Positions 63,967 through 64,000 of a DNA stretch of 64,000 nt are shown piece after piece. Numbering within the stretch: position 1 is the stretch's first letter; every line of letters starts with the position of its first letter. Origin of the DNA: an uncultured Bacilli bacterium. Lineage in GTDB: Bacteria > Bacillota_I > Bacilli_A > RF39 > UBA660. The stretch covers positions 22,680 to 86,679 of the forward strand of contig CAKOOV010000002.1 of NCBI GenBank assembly GCA_934098435.1. The letters run 5' to 3'. The notes under the pieces were generated by a model, which saw only the letters and a program-made list of their open reading frames with translations, was not told where the DNA came from and did no database searches. The position numbers and the translations under genes are program-made.

Positions 63967-64000
63967 ATAAATACCTCCATTAAATTATATATAGTTTATA

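Overview
The window is very AT-rich (about 25% GC) and uses the standard genetic code, since long ORFs are intact with TGA as a stop. It reads as a low-GC Bacillota chromosome segment, probably from a spore-former (spoIIP, cse60 and a SipW-cognate TasA-like protein are present). Most of it is housekeeping with Bacillus-like synteny: recU-ponA, ltaS, asnB, dnaD-nth, cca, a NUDIX gene, thrS behind a T-box leader, glyQS, pdp, hrcA-grpE-dnaK-dnaJ-rsmE, trpS, eno, rpsP-KH, hisS, ecfA1-ecfA2-ecfT-truA, rnhC, a heterodimeric ABC exporter, mtaB, fhs and murF. Nearly all genes are on the minus strand. Four things in the window go beyond housekeeping.

1. Unannotated two-peptide bacteriocin locus (36177..39019, minus strand). 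A C39-peptidase ABC exporter is followed by a 142-aa membrane protein and two tightly coupled peptide genes of 46 and 56 aa. Both peptides carry double-glycine leaders and fall below the ORF-track size cutoff.

2. Four-gene operon of unknown function (16173..20694). It has its own sigma-A promoter and encodes two large (613 and 640 aa) helical, low-complexity proteins. It is wedged between glyQS and the thrS T-box leader.

3. Unusual thrS locus. A T-box leader is followed by a 105-aa upstream ORF with a strong RBS, then a ThrRS that lacks the N-terminal TGS domain.

4. A 40-bp hairpin-containing direct repeat on both sides of the NUDIX gene.

Other notable points are a Cys-rich repeat at the GrpE N-terminus, tandem CIRCE-like operators at hrcA, a degenerate GGDEF motif, and an Rpn/YhgA-like PD-(D/E)XK transposase-like gene. 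No tRNA, rRNA or CRISPR was found.
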